Positions 52,929 through 56,456 of a DNA stretch of 56,456 nucleotides are shown piece by piece (the first letter of the stretch is position 1; every line of letters starts with the position of its first letter). A program made the position numbers and the translations under genes. The DNA comes from a bacterium (GTDB lineage Bacteria; Bacteroidota; Bacteroidia; Bacteroidales; FEN-979), in NCBI GenBank assembly GCA_037131065.1, contig JBAXRT010000002.1:1-56456 (forward strand), written 5' to 3'. The notes under the pieces are model-generated. The model made no database searches. It was not told where the DNA came from and saw only the letters and a program-made list of their open reading frames with translations.

Positions 52929-54176
52929 TTAAGCAAGCATGTGGACAACCAGTCCGGAGCGAAGTTTAGGCTCGAACCAGGTTGTTTTGGGTGGCATGAT
53001 ATTTCCTGTGTCGGCAATATCGATCAATTGTTTCATCGAAACCGGGTACAGCGCAAAGGCTACCTTCATCTCTCCGCTGTCAACCCTTTGCTTTAACTCA
53101 CCAAGCCCCCGGATCCCTCCCACAAAATCGATACGGTTTGAGGTCCTGAGATCCTTTATGTTCAGGATTTCGTCAAGGATGAGTTTTGAAAGGATAGTGA
53201 CATCCAGTACACCAATTGGATCGTTATCATTAAAGGTTCCCTGCTTTGCCGTAAGGGCGTACCACTTTCCTCTGAGGTACATCGAAAAAAGATGCAGCCG
53301 GTCGGGTTTGAAGATTTCTTTCCCCTTTTCTTGAATGTCGAAAATCGCACCGAGTTTATCGATGAACTCCTGGTCCGACATGCCATTGAGATCCTTTACA
53401 ACCCTGTTGTAATCGATAATGGTTAACTGGTTATCCGGGAAATGCACTGCAAGAAAATAGTTGTACTCTTCACTGCCGTTATGATTCGGATTGCTCTTCT
53501 TCTTTTCATTTCCCACCAGTGCAGCTGCGGCGGTCCTGTGATGACCATCGGCAACATAAGTGCAGGAAACCTGTGCAAACAACCCGGTAAGCTTTGCGAT
53601 CAGGGAAGGATCGCTGATAACCCAGAAATGGTGCCCGATCCCGTCAACAGAAGTGAAATCATACTCCGGTTCATGCGTTTTTACAAACTGACTGATGATT
53701 TGATCAATGGCTGGAACAGCAGGATAAGTAAAGAAGACCGGTTCCATGTTGGCATCGGTGATCCTCACATGCTTCATCCTGTCCTCCTCCTTGTCTTTTC
53801 TTGTTAGCTCATGCTTTTTTATGATGCCATTCATATAATCTTCAACGCCGGCGCATCCGACCAGTCCATACTGTGTTTTACCTTTCATTGTCTGGGCATA
53901 GATATAAAGATGGTCTGCTTCATCGGGAACCAGCCATCCTTTATCCCTGAAAATCTGAAAATTTTCTTTTGCTTTTTCATAGACCAGCGGATCATGAACA
54001 TCCAGGTCGGGAGGGAGATCGATCTCAGGTTTGATAATATGCAGCAGGGAATACGGATTCCCTGCCGACTCTTTTCTTGCTTCGTCGGAACTAAGAACAT
54101 CATAGGGCCTTGAGGCAAGTTCTTTTGCAATTGATTTTGGAGGGCGCAGCCCTTTAAAAGCCTTTAAAATAGCCAT
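52929..54176 (-). CDS. DUF1015 domain-containing protein
   Basis: It has MAILKAFKGLRP, YDVLSS, IADGHHR and WFEPKLRSGLV motifs, the conserved blocks of DUF1015. Confidence 0.82.
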   Translation of the reverse strand: MAILKAFKGLRPPKSIAKELASRPYDVLSSDEARKESAGNPYSLLHIIKPEIDLPPDLDVHDPLVYEKAKENFQIFRDKGWLVPDEADHLYIYAQTMKGKTQYGLVGCAGVEDYMNGIIKKHELTRKDKEEDRMKHVRITDANMEPVFFTYPAVPAIDQIISQFVKTHEPEYDFTSVDGIGHHFWVISDPSLIAKLTGLFAQVSCTYVADGHHRTAAAALVGNEKKKSNPNHNGSEEYNYFLAVHFPDNQLTIIDYNRVVKDLNGMSDQEFIDKLGAIFDIQEKGKEIFKPDRLHLFSMYLRGKWYALTAKQGTFNDNDPIGVLDVTILSKLILDEILNIKDLRTSNRIDFVGGIRGLGELKQRVDSGEMKVAFALYPVSMKQLIDIADTGNIMPPKTTWFEPKLRSGLVVHMLA

Positions 54177-54240
54177 GGTATTTCTTTAAAAATGGTTGAT
54201 TTGATGTTATGACGACGGGACGGAATTACCTCAGAAAAAA

Positions 54241-54666
54241 TCACTGGATTTCGTCATCTTCCTCTGATTCTCCGGGTTTTACACTTCTTTGCAATGATCC
54301 GATTAGTGCTCCAATCATCTTTGTCATTTCCATCAGCTGGTTCTTTGATTCGTCATACGACTGCTTGGTGATAAAACCACGGCTTTGCGCAACGGTTGAA
54401 AGAACGACGCACTCCCGAACTGAACTCTTTGCCATCTTCAGGTAATATACAAACTGGCTTTTGTTCCTTGATGAGCCCTCGGCTATGTTCAAAGCAATTC
54501 CCTGTGCCGACTGCATGAAGCGGTCAAAGAATGATTTAACAAAGGGATCGGTGTTCGCATTCTTGGTCATTGAGAACACCCAGTTGATATAGTCGAGTGC
54601 CTTGTGATAGATCCTCAGATCCTCAAATCTAAAAAAGGTCGATGGTCTTTCCTGTTCGTTTTCCAT
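54241..54666 (-). CDS. Four-helix-bundle protein (23S rRNA intervening-sequence protein family)
   Basis: It has FEDLRIYHKALDYINWVF, ALNIAEGSSRNKSQFVYYLKMAKSSVRECV and LSTVAQSRGFI motifs, matching the family pattern. Confidence 0.8.
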   Translation of the reverse strand: MENEQERPSTFFRFEDLRIYHKALDYINWVFSMTKNANTDPFVKSFFDRFMQSAQGIALNIAEGSSRNKSQFVYYLKMAKSSVRECVVLSTVAQSRGFITKQSYDESKNQLMEMTKMIGALIGSLQRSVKPGESEEDDEIQ

Positions 54667-54744
54667 GGTTAGGTAGATAATTAAATTTAAACAAAGACAA
54701 GTAGAATATAACGAGTCAATTCAGACAATACCGCTAACATGGTG

Positions 54745-55668
54745 CTATTTGTTCACCTGGAATGTTTTCTCCCCGTTTTTCAGAAAATTAACAATCTGTT
54801 TGGCGGCAGCTATACCTGCATTGATGTTGGCCTCTTCCGTTTGTGCTCCCATTTTTTTTGGTGTACAGAAGTACTTAGATTTGAAATTGGTTTCAATCTC
54901 CTCCTTATTGGAGGGCTCAACATCAGACAGATAGGCAAAATCTTTCCTCTCCTGGAACATCTTCAGAAGATCTGCGTCATTGATCACCTCCGCACGTGCC
55001 GTATTGACGAGACAAGCCGGTGCAGGCATCTTGGACAGCAGATTAAAATTGATTGATTGTCTGGTCTGGCTGTTCGCCGGTATATGAAGTGAAATGAAGT
55101 TGCATGTTTTGTACAACTCATCTTCAGATCCCAGCCATTTCACACCGTCAGCTACGATGGCTTCCTTAGGGATGAAAGGGTCAAAGGCATACACATCCAT
55201 TCCAAACCCCTTTGCGATACGGGCCACATTTTTTCCGACATATCCATAGGCATGGATACCGAGTTTTTTGCCCAAAAGTTCTGTTCCGGATTTACCGTTG
55301 AAAAAATTCCTGGCATAATAAACCAACATGCCCATCGCCAGTTCGGCAACAGCATTGGAGTTCTGACCCGGGGTATTCATGACTACAACATTTTTCGCAG
55401 TCGCTGCCTGGAGATCAACGTTGTCATATCCTGCACCTGCACGAACGACTATTTTTAGTTTGGATCCTGCGTCAATCACATCCTTATCGGCTTTGTCGCT
55501 TCTTATGATCACTGCCTCCACGTCGGCAATGGCTTTTTTGAAATCATCCTGGCTGGTATAGCTTTCCAGAAGCACGAGTTCGAACCCTGCCTCTTCAACA
55601 ACCTTTCTTATGCCTTTAACAGCAACAGGGGCGAAAGGTTTATCGGTTGCAATAAGTACTTTTGTCAT
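54745..55668 (-). CDS. serA: D-3-phosphoglycerate dehydrogenase (short, ACT-less D-2-hydroxyacid dehydrogenase type)
   Basis: It has the NAD-binding motif GIHAYGYVGKNVA and the R...E...H catalytic context (NTARAEV...DVEP). It lies immediately downstream of serC. Confidence 0.8.
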   Translation of the reverse strand: MTKVLIATDKPFAPVAVKGIRKVVEEAGFELVLLESYTSQDDFKKAIADVEAVIIRSDKADKDVIDAGSKLKIVVRAGAGYDNVDLQAATAKNVVVMNTPGQNSNAVAELAMGMLVYYARNFFNGKSGTELLGKKLGIHAYGYVGKNVARIAKGFGMDVYAFDPFIPKEAIVADGVKWLGSEDELYKTCNFISLHIPANSQTRQSINFNLLSKMPAPACLVNTARAEVINDADLLKMFQERKDFAYLSDVEPSNKEEIETNFKSKYFCTPKKMGAQTEEANINAGIAAAKQIVNFLKNGEKTFQVNK

Positions 55669-55680
55669 AGGAATAGCATT

Positions 55681-56456
55681 TTAACTGTTCAATTTTTCAA
55701 ATTCATGCATGCAGTCAACGAGCGCCTGTACGCTTTCGTAAGGCAATGCGTTGTAAGTGGAGGCGCGGAATCCCCCGACAGAACGGTGTCCTTTGATACC
55801 GACCATTCCTTTTGACTTTGCAAAATCCATGAAGGCATCTTCCTTGTCTTTGTACTGGTCCTTCATGATGAAACAGATATTCATCAGTGACCGTGAATCC
55901 TTTTCAACTGTTCCGATAAACATCTTGCTGTTATCAATGGCATCATATAGCAGCTGTGCTTTTTTTCTGTTCATTTCCTCGACGGCTTTCACACCTCCAA
56001 GGCCCTTGATCCACCTGAGCGTTTCAAGACAGGTAAAAATGGCAAAGCAGGGAGGAGTGTTATACATGGAGCCCTCCTTGATGTGCGTTGCATAATTCAG
56101 CATCGTGGGAATTTTTCTGTCGACCTTTCCGAGGATGCTCTCCTTAATGATGACAAAAGTTACCCCGGCAGGACCAAGGTTTTTCTGTGCCCCGCCGTAG
56201 ATCAGTGCATACTTGGAAATATCGACCGGACGGCTAAGAATGTCTGACGACATATCTGCAACCAAAGGAACAGGGCTGTCGAGATCAACCCTGATCTCAC
56301 TGCCGAAAATGGTGTTATTCGTTGTGATATGGAAGTAATCTGCATCTGCAGGAATCGTGAAATTTTTCGGGATATAGGAAAAATTTTTGTCCGCTGAGGT
56401 TGCAACGACATCAATTGGCCCGACCATTTTAGCTTCCTTTATGGCCTTCTGGGCCC
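55681..56456 (-). CDS. serC: 3-phosphoserine aminotransferase (partial; N-terminus lies beyond the right edge)
   Basis: It has [17 protein letters not shown] (PLP-lysine region), YNTPP and [17 protein letters not shown] motifs. The reading frame stays open to position 56456. Confidence 0.9.
   Translation of the reverse strand, partial: AQKAIKEAKMVGPIDVVATSADKNFSYIPKNFTIPADADYFHITTNNTIFGSEIRVDLDSPVPLVADMSSDILSRPVDISKYALIYGGAQKNLGPAGVTFVIIKESILGKVDRKIPTMLNYATHIKEGSMYNTPPCFAIFTCLETLRWIKGLGGVKAVEEMNRKKAQLLYDAIDNSKMFIGTVEKDSRSLMNICFIMKDQYKDKEDAFMDFAKSKGMVGIKGHRSVGGFRASTYNALPYESVQALVDCMHEFEKLNS

Overview
This 56.5 kb window looks like a chromosomal segment of a Bacteroidota bacterium. Four things support that: a type III glutamine synthetase, a peptidase with a T9SS C-terminal sorting domain, DUF4199, and no Shine-Dalgarno sequences. 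In addition, 16 correctly oriented TAnnTTTG '-7' promoter boxes sit 5-35 nt upstream of start codons or the tRNA. The window is densely coding and mostly housekeeping. It holds dnaA with an AT-rich upstream region, mnmE, sucD, fabG, kdsA, rarA, pntAA-pntAB-pntB, tsaC, prmC, yggS, yigZ and serA-serC. The left 1.7 kb is AT-rich and abuts the 3' end of tRNA-Lys(UUU). It carries an excisionase-like HTH gene and a DUF4143-type AAA ATPase, so it is probably the edge of an integrated element that continues off-window. Two accessory-type loci stand out. The first is a glycan operon (DUF4199, GT2, cNMP-binding orphan histidine kinase, GT4, and a complete GDP-D-glycero-alpha-D-manno-heptose pathway hddA/gmhA/hddC/gmhB). 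The second is an alpha-glucan operon (debranching enzyme, GT4, GH57, and a 1415-aa eukaryote-type GT3 glycogen synthase fused to a GT35 alpha-glucan phosphorylase). In that operon the GH57 enzyme ends in a FliG-C-like module. At the DNA level, degenerate 7- and 8-bp tandem repeats sit directly in front of several start codons, and two copies 23 kb apart share a 19/20-nt core. I found no CRISPR array, no transposase or integrase, no rRNA, and no self-contained defence-type system. The findings are domain fusions, gene-context oddities and repeat families, and all of them need database or structure checks that I cannot run here.
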